From an uncultured bacterium (lineage in GTDB: Bacteria; Hinthialibacterota; Hinthialibacteria; OLB16), in NCBI GenBank assembly GCA_964481775.1, contig CAYZUX010000002.1:20221-84220 (forward strand): a stretch of DNA of 64,000 bases, given 5' to 3'. Both the position numbers and the translations under genes were made by a program. The notes below the pieces were generated by a model. That model did not search any database and was not told the origin of the DNA. It was given only the letters and a program-made list of their open reading frames with translations. How positions within the stretch are numbered: the first letter of the stretch is position 1; the number at the start of each line of letters is the position of its first letter. This document shows, in pieces, positions 27,497 to 37,217 of the stretch.

Positions 27497-28501
27497 TCAG
27501 TACTGCGACCAACTCTCCACCGCAGAAGGTAAATTGGCTTCGACTCCTGTGGCATAGGATGTAGTGTGTACAGGAGTGGCCTCACTATTTGAGGTGGTAC
27601 GGAACATGACCCAGTTACCGCTCCCCCGATAAATGGCGCTGGGATTGTAATTCCGGCTTGGATTGTAGGGAAATTCACCCGCCAGGCCGATTACGGGTAC
27701 TGGTTCTTCATCAATTTCCCAGGTCATCCCTCCATCGGTAGTCTGCATCGAGGCAATTTGAGTATCCGCGGTGTAAAGATAGGCATACCAGGTGTTCGGA
27801 CGGTCTGGATGGATGACCAGTGTTGACACATCCCAACCGAAGATTTCAGTTGAGCGGACAAAGGTCCAAGTAATTCCATCCACCGAGGAGTAAAGGTTGA
27901 TCTGACGTTCAGTCTGTCCGGCCCCCCCCTCACGGGTATTAGAAAGGCAATAAAAACCAGGGCCACCAGCGGCAGGAGCAAATTGTTCCATAGGGCCATC
28001 CGCATAAGGTGTTGAGTCAGCTGCCCCCTCGATCCCGATGCTATCAGCCACACCTGTGATCAGGATGCCTTCGGACCAGTTGATTCCATCGGAACCGGTG
28101 TATGTGTAAACCTCATATCCGGGGGTTCCATCTTCACCTGTGTGCCACATCCGGAAAGAGTTGGCACCCAGCTGAACAACATGAGCTTTCCCACGTGCAC
28201 TGGGTGTCACATTACACAAAGTGTAATTGGTCCAACTGGCAGGACTATTTCCTACTGATTCCGCATAAGTGATGTCATTGCTGCTACTGGCATCAGCCCA
28301 CGCTCGATACTTGCCAGCGAAAGCATCATATAGGACATGTGCGTAGTAGAAGCGTCCTGCTCCAACCGTTGTTTGTGAAAGGACCGGATTCTCAGGCCCC
28401 TCTGTCCAGGTGATATCATGGGGTGCTGCCTGGACAATCCCACTCCAAACCAGAATCAATACCACCAAACCTATTCTTTTCATCAGAAAACACCTCCTCA
28501 A
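27497..28501 (-). CDS. Secreted BNR/Asp-box beta-propeller protein (glycoside-hydrolase-like)
   Basis: Signal peptide MKRIGLVVLILVWSGIVQAAP. Asp-boxes SSVDGITWTF and TTDGGMTWEI. Confidence 0.5.
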   Translation of the reverse strand: MRRCFLMKRIGLVVLILVWSGIVQAAPHDITWTEGPENPVLSQTTVGAGRFYYAHVLYDAFAGKYRAWADASSSNDITYAESVGNSPASWTNYTLCNVTPSARGKAHVVQLGANSFRMWHTGEDGTPGYEVYTYTGSDGINWSEGILITGVADSIGIEGAADSTPYADGPMEQFAPAAGGPGFYCLSNTREGGAGQTERQINLYSSVDGITWTFVRSTEIFGWDVSTLVIHPDRPNTWYAYLYTADTQIASMQTTDGGMTWEIDEEPVPVIGLAGEFPYNPSRNYNPSAIYRGSGNWVMFRTTSNSEATPVHTTSYATGVEANLPSAVESWSQY

Positions 28502-28716
28502 TAAGAAATCAGATTTCTATGGCGAGATGACCTTCCAAAATAGGCACACAATCTCTGCCCTCAATGGATTGAGGTTAACACCCAATTCACAGGGTGTCTA
28601 TCAAGATTTTTTTAAGGGGATAGGAATTGGCTGTTAGGAAGATATGAAACCAATCCAGCCGGGGCTCGCTTTCACTTAGGGCGGAAAGGAAAACGAGCCC
28701 CGGAAAATGAACGGCT

Positions 28717-30072
28717 TCAGACAAGACGATTCAGCAGGGCATCCACAGCGGCTCCAGTGGTTCCATCGGCACGGGTGAAATAAGATCTTTGGGCGATCCG
28801 ATTACCGCCGGAAGCGGACTCCGACACATCGAGAGCCTGTAAACTGATTGATTGGATCCCAACCTGGGAGAGAGTCAACAACTGCCCCAATGAAGAAGAT
28901 GCCTCTGAGCCGTTGCGGACCAGGACACGCAGCTGGTCGAAGACTGAATCCTGGGAATCGATTTTACCATCGCTGTTGGAATCATATTTGGCCAGTTCCT
29001 TAAACCCATCTGATGCACCATTCTGGTCACCGAAAAGTTCCTTGCCATCATCGATTATCCCATTGTTGTTCTTATCAAGGGCCAGCAGGCCATCTCCCCC
29101 TGTCACCGTAGCGGCAGTTTCCACTACCCCATCCGCATCAAGATCGAAATGGACTCCTTCTGAGACCCTTGTCAGTTCGACCCCGTCTCCATCGAGATCT
29201 AACACGATGGGATCAGAGGCATTGGCCTGTCCTGCACTCACCTCGATACTTGTGGATTCAAAAGACAAAGACACTGAAATATCCAAAGACTGGCTCTGAA
29301 CAGCAACCAACTGAGAACCCTGACCAGCAGATTGAGCAAGCGCATTGACACCATCGTCAGCCACCGGGGTTGAACCACTCATCCCGTTCATGAAACTCTT
29401 CATGTTCTCAATGAAATCGGAGAATCTTTCATCATCTCCAAAGAAGGTTTGGAGAAGAGTGGCTAATCCCGCCAGGCTGCCATCCATGGCCAAAGCATCC
29501 AGATCTCCCTGCAAATCCAGGCCATCGCTGAAGGAAATGGAGGCCTGGCTGAAAGACAGACTGAAGTTCATGGAGGCCTGGATCTGTTGCGCCCTAAAAC
29601 GGTCAACCACTTGACGGGCCGCATTCCTGAAATTGGAAATGGGATCTCCCTCCTGGGTCCGTCCCGTCTGGATCAATGCTTGCTCATATTCCATCGAAAC
29701 ACTGATCGAAATATTCAGGTTCGTCAGGGAGGCGAACACACTCGTTCCATCGCCGGTCTGACCAGCCCGGACTGTAGCCTGAGAGAGAGAAAAGTCCAGC
29801 GAGGCCGATAACCTTGAGCGGGAAAACTGGTAGGTCCCATCGGGAGAAAGCTGAAAACCATTGGGGGAGATTTGTAAAGGGCGATTCAGGTTCCCTCCGC
29901 TCAGATCAAGAAGATCGACCGCTCCCGCCGCAGAGGAATCCTGCTCAGAACTTGTTGGAGTCTGAGTGGTATTACCTGGAGATTTTCCAGTTCCTGTGAA
30001 CTCCTCGATGAATGGTTTCAGGAGTCCCCTCAGCTGGGGGGAAACAGATGGAATACCCAGTCCCTGTGCCAT
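28717..30072 (-). CDS. Repeat protein with EF-hand/dockerin-like Ca-binding loops
   Basis: DLDGDGVELT, DLDADGVVE, DKNNNGIIDDGKELFG and DSNSDGKIDSQDSVFDQL resemble DxDxDG calcium loops. No classical N-terminal signal peptide. Confidence 0.4.
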   Translation of the reverse strand: MAQGLGIPSVSPQLRGLLKPFIEEFTGTGKSPGNTTQTPTSSEQDSSAAGAVDLLDLSGGNLNRPLQISPNGFQLSPDGTYQFSRSRLSASLDFSLSQATVRAGQTGDGTSVFASLTNLNISISVSMEYEQALIQTGRTQEGDPISNFRNAARQVVDRFRAQQIQASMNFSLSFSQASISFSDGLDLQGDLDALAMDGSLAGLATLLQTFFGDDERFSDFIENMKSFMNGMSGSTPVADDGVNALAQSAGQGSQLVAVQSQSLDISVSLSFESTSIEVSAGQANASDPIVLDLDGDGVELTRVSEGVHFDLDADGVVETAATVTGGDGLLALDKNNNGIIDDGKELFGDQNGASDGFKELAKYDSNSDGKIDSQDSVFDQLRVLVRNGSEASSSLGQLLTLSQVGIQSISLQALDVSESASGGNRIAQRSYFTRADGTTGAAVDALLNRLV

Positions 30073-30360
30073 CCTTGGCCACCGACCTTTCCATGAGACA
30101 TCTGAAATCGTGAGAGTATCTGACTTCCCTGCCGATGCCCCTCACGGCTGGAGGTGGGACATTGGAAGCGTATCCATGAATAGAATTTTCCCATCCTCTG
30201 AAATAAGAGGATAAAGAAATAAATCAAGCATGTCAATAGATTAGTTTTAGATTGTTTAATAAAAATTCATAACTTAAGACAATTCATAGCCTTACTGAGA
30301 ATTATATTTTGAGTATCATTAGTAAAGTCAGGCCGTTTGAGCGTCTGGCACCGGGGAGAT

Positions 30361-30786
30361 TCAACGGTTTTGGGGAATTGTACCGAGGCGTTTCCGGAGC
30401 ACCATGGCCGTACATCGAAGCATCCCAAAGCCTTCGTAGAAAGCTTGCAGGGGAGGATCACATACCACATCCACATGGGGGACATTCAAGATGCCAAGCA
30501 TTCGCCGGAGCAATTCTGATCCGATACCAGATCGCCGGAATTGAGGAAGGACCTCGAGAAGGGGGATAAAAGCACAGCGGACACCATCGCTGAGAGCATT
30601 GATCCGTCCGACCACCTTGCCGGTTTTATCCAGCGCCAGAACCACATGACTGCTGTTTTTCAACATGCGGTAATGTTCTTCACAAGTCGGAGGGTAGCCC
30701 CAATCCACAAAGAATCCCTCGAGGTCTTCAGGAGAGATTCCCTCCAGGGAGGTTTCATAGCGGATCATGAGATTTGTACTTTCCAC
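30361..30786 (-). CDS. GNAT family N-acetyltransferase
   Basis: Acetyl-CoA-binding motif RRSGIGSELLRRML and GNAT fold length (141 aa). Confidence 0.7.
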   Translation of the reverse strand: MESTNLMIRYETSLEGISPEDLEGFFVDWGYPPTCEEHYRMLKNSSHVVLALDKTGKVVGRINALSDGVRCAFIPLLEVLPQFRRSGIGSELLRRMLGILNVPHVDVVCDPPLQAFYEGFGMLRCTAMVLRKRLGTIPQNR

Positions 30787-30816
30787 ACAGCATTTCTGCC
30801 ACTAAGATGAATTCCC

Positions 30817-31317
30817 ATGCAACGACGGAGATTTCTTGAATCAGTGGTGGCCACCCTGGGGGCAGGTGCACTCGCCATTTTCGCTGCGGTGACAGGAACA
30901 CTCCAGGTGCTTTCTCCCATTTTCCACAAGACCAACCGCGAAAGCGAGTGGTTCTCCCTCGGGAAACAGGATGAGTTTACTCCAGGTCTTCCGACACCCA
31001 AAGTCATTCACATTGTGGTTCAGGATGGCTGGCAAACGCGGAAACAGAGCCAGATGGTCTATGTACTCCTGAAAGAGGGGAAACCAGTCGTATTCTCTTC
31101 AGTCTGTCCCCATCTGAGCTGTCCAGTCTCCTTTCAAGAGGAAAAAAAGAGATTCCATTGCTCCTGTCATCAATCCTATTGGGATGCGGATGGACAACGG
31201 CTCGCTGGTCCCGCCGCGCGGGGACTGGACTCACTTCCCATCCGGATTGAGGGTGATGAAGTGTTCTGCAGGTGGGTGCAATACCGTTCAGGACTCTCCG
31301 AGGCGGTTGAGGTCTGA
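30817..31317 (+). CDS. Rieske [2Fe-2S] subunit of a cytochrome bc-type complex, Tat-exported
   Basis: Twin-arginine leader MQRRRFLESVVATLGAGALA. Rieske boxes CPHLSCPV and CSCHQSYWD. Confidence 0.85.
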   Translation: MQRRRFLESVVATLGAGALAIFAAVTGTLQVLSPIFHKTNRESEWFSLGKQDEFTPGLPTPKVIHIVVQDGWQTRKQSQMVYVLLKEGKPVVFSSVCPHLSCPVSFQEEKKRFHCSCHQSYWDADGQRLAGPAARGLDSLPIRIEGDEVFCRWVQYRSGLSEAVEV

Positions 31318-31321
31318 CAGA

Positions 31322-32698
31322 ATGCGCTTCCTTTCAATCTTGAGTGGGTGGATCAACGAACGTACGGGTGTCCGCGCCGTAATCCACTCCCTCCGGGATT
31401 CACCACTTCCCGGGGGTGTCCGCTGGGCAAATACACTTGGCCCAGCTTTGGTGACAACTCTGGTGTTCGAGTGTCTGAGCGGAGTCCTCCTTTCTCTCTC
31501 TTATTCACCCGGCGTCGACTCCGCACATTCAAGTGTCGCTTTCCTCTCCAGGGAAACAACGCTCGGGATGCTCTTCCGAAGCGTGCACTCTTACGGTGCC
31601 CATCTGATTGTGATCCTGATGATTCTGTGTGGTTTGAGGGCGCTCCTTGCCCGTGAGTACACCCGCCCCAGGGAGATTCAGTGGGTGCTGGGACTCGTGC
31701 TGGCAGGGCTGATTATCACCATTGCCACCACCGGCTACCTGTTGCCCTGGGATCAATACGGTTACTGGGGGACTCAAGTCCGGACCTCGATCATGGGGTC
31801 AGTTCCAGTCGTTGGCGAGTATGTCAAAATGGTTGCATTGGGTGGAACAGAGATTGGCAATCTGACCCTGACCCGTTTTTATACCGGGCATGTGGTCCTC
31901 TTTCCGGTGTTGCTTCTCATCGGTTTGATCCTTTACGTAGCTCTGAGGGTGAGGAACGCTTATTCATCCGTGGTGGATCACCCGAATCTGGTCACCACCT
32001 ATTGGCCAGGGCAGGCCTGCCGGGATGTGATGGTAAGTCTTGTAGTTATTGGTTCTCTTTTCCTCCTTGCGTTTTTCATACCGGTGAAACTCGGGAGCAT
32101 CGCCGATCCGCTTGAGACCTACCCAGCACGTCCAGAATGGTATTTCCGTTGGCTTTTTCAAACCTTGAAATATCTCGCCCCCCCCTTTGAGGTGGTTGGT
32201 ACAGTAGTGATCCCTCACGCCATTCTGGTCCTCCTGGCGTTGATTCCATTCATTGACAGAAGGCCCCTGCCACGTTCTGGGAGGAAGATAGTTCTCGGCT
32301 CAGTGGCTCTCCTGGGCCTGGCCTGGGCAATTCTGTCGGGCATTTCGTTCCTTGAGGACTACCGTTCCGGGCATTTCAGGGAAATCGCGATGTGGGAGGC
32401 TCAAGCCGATCCTTCCTTTGATACCGAGGAGTTTTACAAATCCAAATGTAATCGCTGCCATGGACGTGATGGAGCAGGGATGCTTGACAGCACCCCTGAT
32501 TTTACTTCGGGTGATTACTGGTCTGGAGTCCGTTCGGATGTCCGTCTTGTCAAGGCAATTCTTGAGGGTGTTCCCAATCCCGGCATCTCTGAAGATGAAG
32601 TGATGCCCTCTTTCTCGGACTTGATCGGTCCCTCGGAGGCAAAGGCGCTTGTTGAGAGGAAAATCCGCACCTTCGCCCCAAGTGGTGAGGAAGAGTAA
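31322..32698 (+). CDS. Cytochrome b (bc complex) with fused C-terminal mono-heme cytochrome c domain
   Basis: Starts 4 nt after the Rieske stop; the track start at 31184 overlaps Rieske and is rejected. Cytochrome b His motifs (VHSYGAHLIVILMI, TGYLLPWDQYGYWG) and a PEWY motif (ARPEWYF). C-terminal CNRCHG plus Met ligand region VMPSF. Confidence 0.85.
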   Translation: MRFLSILSGWINERTGVRAVIHSLRDSPLPGGVRWANTLGPALVTTLVFECLSGVLLSLSYSPGVDSAHSSVAFLSRETTLGMLFRSVHSYGAHLIVILMILCGLRALLAREYTRPREIQWVLGLVLAGLIITIATTGYLLPWDQYGYWGTQVRTSIMGSVPVVGEYVKMVALGGTEIGNLTLTRFYTGHVVLFPVLLLIGLILYVALRVRNAYSSVVDHPNLVTTYWPGQACRDVMVSLVVIGSLFLLAFFIPVKLGSIADPLETYPARPEWYFRWLFQTLKYLAPPFEVVGTVVIPHAILVLLALIPFIDRRPLPRSGRKIVLGSVALLGLAWAILSGISFLEDYRSGHFREIAMWEAQADPSFDTEEFYKSKCNRCHGRDGAGMLDSTPDFTSGDYWSGVRSDVRLVKAILEGVPNPGISEDEVMPSFSDLIGPSEAKALVERKIRTFAPSGEEE

Positions 32699-32733
32699 GA
32701 CGAGCTCACTCCTTCCAGAACCTGTTCCTGGCC

Positions 32734-33306
32734 TTAACGCTGAACACTTGTTCGTTCCGCGATCTCTTCAAGCTTGAGTTCAATCTCAAGCAGTTTCTCG
32801 CGTGTCTTCAGCTCCGCCTGTTCGATGCAATTACGGATCAGGAAGAGCGCGCCCATCAGCAGGTAGACTAATCCGCTCAGAACCATAAACACCGATTTGA
32901 CTGAATCGGGGTGCTTCCCAGCTTCCATCAGGAAGATAATCATCATGGTCAGGGTAACTCCCCAGGCCCAGTTCGCCATCCAGGTGGGGTGTTGCCGACT
33001 CTTGTGGACTCCACCTTTCAGGATCCACACTGCCATGCCCACCCAGGCAAAGGCGAAAGCAGCCCCGATGGCAAAGCCAATGCGAATCAGAGGCGGCAAC
33101 CCTCCTCCAAGCACGGCAGCCGTTGTGAAAGTCACACCCAGACCAACCGAGAGTAGTCCAGTCGCGACCAGGCCCCACTTCCTCATCCCTTTCAGTTCCT
33201 GGTTTAACATCTCAGAAACCTCCTTTTCATATTTCCGCCGATATTCGGGATTGGTTTGTTCCATACGAATTAACTGTTCACGAAGCCGTGTGGGTTCCTC
33301 AGGCAT
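32734..33306 (-). CDS. 4-TM membrane protein co-transcribed with the ECF sigma factor (possible anti-sigma or sensor partner)
   Basis: 8-nt overlap with the upstream ECF sigma gene. Four hydrophobic helices. No ZAS motif. Confidence 0.4.
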   Translation of the reverse strand: MPEEPTRLREQLIRMEQTNPEYRRKYEKEVSEMLNQELKGMRKWGLVATGLLSVGLGVTFTTAAVLGGGLPPLIRIGFAIGAAFAFAWVGMAVWILKGGVHKSRQHPTWMANWAWGVTLTMMIIFLMEAGKHPDSVKSVFMVLSGLVYLLMGALFLIRNCIEQAELKTREKLLEIELKLEEIAERTSVQR

Positions 33307-33859
33307 GAAGGCGATCCTCCTTTTCCAGGATCTCTCTTAGCGAACGTTTGGCATAATGAAGCCGTGATTTGACTGTGTTCTCGGGTATGCCTAAGACCTC
33401 CGAGATCTCAGCAAGGGACAGGTCCTCCAGGAAATGCAGAGTAAGCACCTCACGGTGGTGGAGAGAGACCTGATCCAAGGCATAATGGACCCGTTCGACC
33501 TCCTCGAAGCCATTCTCCTCATGACCAGCGAAGTCATCCGAATCGGGGGGATCCTCCGGGAAGAGGTCCTGATCCCGGTAGCGTTTCCTCAGCAGATTCA
33601 TGGCTTGATTTCGAGCGGTCCGGTAGAGCCAGGGAGAAAGCGCTTTGGGGTCACGCAGATTTCGGATACCTCGCAGCACGCTGATCCAAGTCTCCTGGAG
33701 GGCATCCCAGGCATCGCTCTCATTGCTGAGAAGGCGGCGGATGTAATAAAAGAGCCGTCCCTCCCACAAACGGATCAACTCCTCCATGGCTCCCTCGGCG
33801 CCACGCCGGCAACGCAAGGCCAGCAACTCGTTGTGTATGGATTCTTTGTTGGAGCGCAA
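33299..33859 (-). CDS. RNA polymerase ECF-type sigma-70 factor
   Basis: Region 2 (ALQETWISVLRGIRNLRDPKALSPWLYRTARNQAMNLLRKR) and region 4 HTH (LSLAEISEVLGIPENTVKSRLHYAKRSLREIL). Confidence 0.85.
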   Translation of the reverse strand: MRSNKESIHNELLALRCRRGAEGAMEELIRLWEGRLFYYIRRLLSNESDAWDALQETWISVLRGIRNLRDPKALSPWLYRTARNQAMNLLRKRYRDQDLFPEDPPDSDDFAGHEENGFEEVERVHYALDQVSLHHREVLTLHFLEDLSLAEISEVLGIPENTVKSRLHYAKRSLREILEKEDRLHA

Positions 33860-33947
33860 GGGATTGACCTGCTTTCAACAAATAGAGTCGACTAGAATAC
33901 GGGAAAGGTTCAATTCTTTTGTTTTGGAAGCTAAACTGGAGTTATCA

Positions 33948-34436
33948 ATGAAAAAACTGAAAGTCTATCTGGACACCTCGGTGATCAGTTTCCTTTACGC
34001 AGATGATGTTCCTGATTTGCGGGGAGTTACAGAGGCGTTCTTTGATGACTATGTCCTGCCGGAGAAATACTTGGTTCACATTTCAGATGTGGTCGTCCGG
34101 GAGATCCTGAAGACAAAACACACCGCTAAGAGGGAATTACTCCTCAATGTCATCCGCCAATATCCGATGCGAATTCTATCACCCACTCAGGAAACAGACC
34201 GTCTTGCCGAGGTTTATCTACACGAGGGAGTGGTTCCCCAATCGAAATGGGAGGACGCTCAACACATAGCAATCGCTACTTGCTACCAGATGGATGTCCT
34301 CCTATCATGGAATTTCAAACACTTGGCCAATATCCAGAAGCAGCTTATAGTTAAGATAGCAAACGAGAGGGAAGGGTACTGTAACCCACTCCTGTTGATT
34401 AATCCGATGGAGCTTTTGTATGAAATCGGCAGTTGA
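33948..34436 (+). CDS. PIN-domain protein (VapC-like putative toxin)
   Basis: VYLDTSVISFLYADD (N-terminal Asp), REIL (Glu), DAQHIAIATC and DVLLSWNFKH match the PIN acidic tetrad layout. Start at MKKLKV; the upstream extension in the track is discarded. Confidence 0.45.
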   Translation: MKKLKVYLDTSVISFLYADDVPDLRGVTEAFFDDYVLPEKYLVHISDVVVREILKTKHTAKRELLLNVIRQYPMRILSPTQETDRLAEVYLHEGVVPQSKWEDAQHIAIATCYQMDVLLSWNFKHLANIQKQLIVKIANEREGYCNPLLLINPMELLYEIGS

Positions 34437-34614
34437 TGAAATCACCAGGTCTCTCGAAGAAGTGTGGGAGATGAAGCAGGCGGTGTTCGAGGACATCAAG
34501 AACATGTCCTCCGAAGAACGGCGAGTTTATTACCATAAGGGCCTTGAGGAGGCTGCACACCTCCTCGGGGTCACCCTTGTCGAGAACCCAGACGGAACGA
34601 AGTCGTTCATTTAG
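34420..34614 (+). CDS. Small hypothetical protein overlapping the 3' end of the PIN gene by 17 nt
   Basis: 64-aa charged ORF. Could be a cognate partner of the PIN gene or spurious. Confidence 0.3.
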   Translation: MKSAVDEITRSLEEVWEMKQAVFEDIKNMSSEERRVYYHKGLEEAAHLLGVTLVENPDGTKSFI

Positions 34615-34622
34615 ATAAACTC

Positions 34623-35696
34623 TCACCCCACCAGAGGAACTGTTTTCTTCAGCCTCGCACTGAGCACTGCCGAATCCACAATCCTCTGCCCGATGCGTCC
34701 AATCTCTGGTGACAGAGGTCCTCGCACCGGTTCATTGGATTCCAGGCAATGGATGAAGTACTCGATGGGATTCCGCCGGGGTGGTTCGAGTGTGTCCACT
34801 GGGATGTCCTTCCCTTCTGGACACTCCCGAGTCTGGAGGCGGATGGTCTTTTCGTAGTCGTAACTGCTGATGGTCCCCTCCGTCCCCTTGAGCACGAATC
34901 CGCATTTGGGTTGCGGTTGATGAGTCCAGGGATCCGTGAAGGTGCCCCAGCGGGTTTCAAACTTGGAGAGACCGCAGTCATAGCGAACCACGGTGATGCT
35001 GTGCTCATCGACCTCAAGCCCGGGTGGTTCATCAACCACACAGGTTACTTCCAGAGGGATTTTCCCTCCATGGAACCAGGTTCCCAGAGTAACCCCATAA
35101 CCGAGGTAATCGAGCAGCGAACCGCCGCCCTTCTCTCTCTGATAAAACCAACTCTCGGATTTCTTGGCGGCTGCTTCGGCGCTGGTTTCAGCTTTATCCG
35201 CCACATGCCAGAGCGGGCCTCGATTGCCATCGTAGTAGTGAACCTCGATCAGATCTCCGATGACTCCTTCATCGATCAGACGCTTGGAGGTGACATGCGG
35301 CGGGTACCAGGCCAGCGGCCAGTTGATGGCCAGCAACTTTCCTGATTTGCCCGCTGCCTGGATCATTGAATCGGCCTCCGACAAAGACGCCGCGAAGGGT
35401 TTCTCCACCAGCAAATGGACATGGTACTCAGCCACTTTGCAGGTCCACTCGCCATGGGTCGCGGTGGCGGGACAGAGGATGGCGGCATCCGGCTCGGTCT
35501 TTTCAAGACACTCACGGTAGTCCGTGAAGATCATGCTCTCCGGAATCGAGAGCCACTCAGCCACCTTCATCATCGTGGAGCGATCCTCATGGCAGATTCC
35601 CACCACCTCCGCGTTGGGGTGCTCTTTCACCATCCGTAGCAGATCGCCCATGTGCATGTGATCGAAGTTGATGCCGACAAAGCGCCAGGGTTTCAT
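34623..35696 (-). CDS. Gfo/Idh/MocA family NAD(P)-dependent oxidoreductase
   Basis: N-terminal Rossmann MKPWRFVGINFDHMHMGDLL...AEVVGICHED, EKPFAASLSEADSM and the C-terminal alpha/beta domain. Confidence 0.85.
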   Translation of the reverse strand: MKPWRFVGINFDHMHMGDLLRMVKEHPNAEVVGICHEDRSTMMKVAEWLSIPESMIFTDYRECLEKTEPDAAILCPATATHGEWTCKVAEYHVHLLVEKPFAASLSEADSMIQAAGKSGKLLAINWPLAWYPPHVTSKRLIDEGVIGDLIEVHYYDGNRGPLWHVADKAETSAEAAAKKSESWFYQREKGGGSLLDYLGYGVTLGTWFHGGKIPLEVTCVVDEPPGLEVDEHSITVVRYDCGLSKFETRWGTFTDPWTHQPQPKCGFVLKGTEGTISSYDYEKTIRLQTRECPEGKDIPVDTLEPPRRNPIEYFIHCLESNEPVRGPLSPEIGRIGQRIVDSAVLSARLKKTVPLVG

Positions 35697-36064
35697 AGGT
35701 CGTATTCCCTCCTGAGCCGTAGTTTTGAATCCGTTAAGACAGCCATCAGAGGCCCTTGTGGAGCCTCCACTTGAATCTCTTCAAGAGCAGCAAAATTTTT
35801 TTCGATGACCCTGCCAAGAATGAAAGGATGGAATCTGAGTAGCAGAACCCGTGACTGGCCTCCTCTGAAATGAGTCTGGCGAAGGTAACCAAAGTCCTTA
35901 TCCGAACTCAGTAAAAGATCAAAATCTTCCATGGATCTTTCAAGGTAGACCTCATCCTTTGCCGACTGAAGCCTCATTTGATCACAGGAGAGTACAGAAT
36001 AACCGGCATTCCGGCGGGCGCGGATCAAACCCGGTGGAACGTTCTCATCGGCAAGGTTTCGCAT
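35693..36064 (-). CDS. DUF5615-family protein (Mut7-C/PIN-like putative toxin partner of DUF433)
   Basis: MRNLADENVPPGLIRARRNAGYSVLSC...SSDKDFGYL matches the DUF5615 consensus (LlDEN.p...L...G..V). ATGA overlap with the downstream oxidoreductase. Confidence 0.6.
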   Translation of the reverse strand: MRNLADENVPPGLIRARRNAGYSVLSCDQMRLQSAKDEVYLERSMEDFDLLLSSDKDFGYLRQTHFRGGQSRVLLLRFHPFILGRVIEKNFAALEEIQVEAPQGPLMAVLTDSKLRLRREYDL

Positions 36065-36301
36065 TCAATGAGATCGTAAAGGGACAGAGGATTCAGTCTC
36101 TTGATCCACCAATTTCCAAGCATATTCAAGCGCAGCCAGAATGCTTTCCCGGCTTAGGTGAGGATAACTCTCCAGAACTTCCTCATAGCTCCATCCTGAA
36201 AACAGGAGGTTCAAAATGAATTCCACGCTGATACGGGTTCGTTTGATAATCGGCTTCCCGCTGAGTATATCGGGATTCCGGTCTATCCGCTCTTCCCACA
36301 T
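36065..36301 (-). CDS. DUF433-family protein (putative antitoxin-like partner)
   Basis: SGKPIIKRTRISVEFILNLLFSGWSYEEVLESYPHLSRESILAALEYA matches the DUF433 consensus (kP.I.GTRI.V..IL..L..G.s.eEIL..YP.L..EdI.AAL.YA). Confidence 0.65.
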   Translation of the reverse strand: MWEERIDRNPDILSGKPIIKRTRISVEFILNLLFSGWSYEEVLESYPHLSRESILAALEYAWKLVDQETESSVPLRSH

Positions 36302-36345
36302 GGCTGTGTCCTCCGTGACTCAGTATAGCAATCCTGCAAGGACTG

Positions 36346-37158
36346 CTAAGCCGTCACCCTCCCCTGCATTTCCCCCCACTCCCGCCTTGCGATCTGTAAC
36401 ACCTGATCATTGGGTAGCTTTTGAATGGGGGCATAGGGAGCATGGTGGAATTGTTTGTAAGGGATGTTGTGGGCGGTGTTGTAACAGCAGATGAGGGACC
36501 AGCGGGGATTGGGACTGCGGTTCTGGTCGGAACGGTGCAGCAGGTTGGCATGGAAGAAAAGCCCCGTGCCCGGCTCCATCTCACAGAAGACATGCGGTAG
36601 ACGTTGAAGAGCCTGCTCCACCCGTTCCATATCCGCGCCGGTCTGATCGCCGGTGACACCATGGTTGACTCTTCCCATTTTATGGGATCCCTGAATCACC
36701 TGAAGGCAACCATTCTCCTTCGTTGCACGGTCGACCGCGATCATGCAGCTGGCCATGTCCGGAAAGAGGCAGGCATCGTTGTACCAGTAGCCATAGTCCT
36801 GGTGCCATTCCCAGGCCCCACCGACATAAGGCTCCTTGAGCATCATCTTGTGATGGAGGTGGTATACTTCATCACCAAGCAGACGCTCCATGGTGGCTAC
36901 AATCCGCTCGCAGCGTACACAGGCGCTGTAGAGGTCATCGCCGAGAACCGAACGGAGCGTGAGACGGCTGATCCCGCCCTGGCTGTCCTTACGGTCCCAG
37001 GCCTCCGAGGCAAGCGCCTGATCGGCACGTGCAATTTTCAATAGAAGCTCAGTCTCTTCTTGCGAGAAGAGCCCTGGCACCATCAGAAAACCATCTTTTT
37101 CAAACTGGGAAATCTGAGACGCGGTGACTTGGAAAATCAATCGAATCCTCCCCTTCAT
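36346..37158 (-). CDS. Phytanoyl-CoA dioxygenase (PhyH) family Fe(II)/2-oxoglutarate oxygenase
   Basis: LSQFEKDGFLMVPGLFSQEETELL N-terminal region and a HxD...H-type core (HQDYGYW..., GSHKMG). Confidence 0.7.
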   Translation of the reverse strand: MKGRIRLIFQVTASQISQFEKDGFLMVPGLFSQEETELLLKIARADQALASEAWDRKDSQGGISRLTLRSVLGDDLYSACVRCERIVATMERLLGDEVYHLHHKMMLKEPYVGGAWEWHQDYGYWYNDACLFPDMASCMIAVDRATKENGCLQVIQGSHKMGRVNHGVTGDQTGADMERVEQALQRLPHVFCEMEPGTGLFFHANLLHRSDQNRSPNPRWSLICCYNTAHNIPYKQFHHAPYAPIQKLPNDQVLQIARREWGEMQGRVTA

Positions 37159-37217
37159 CGGAACGAGAAACTACTCGTCCCAGCAGATCTACCAGCCGTT
37201 GAAAAAGTGATAACAAT

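Noticed and set aside
31184-31321. Upstream extension of the cytochrome b ORF
   Set aside because: It would overlap the Rieske gene by 134 nt. The ATG at 31322 lies 4 nt after the Rieske stop, and the cytochrome b homology begins there.
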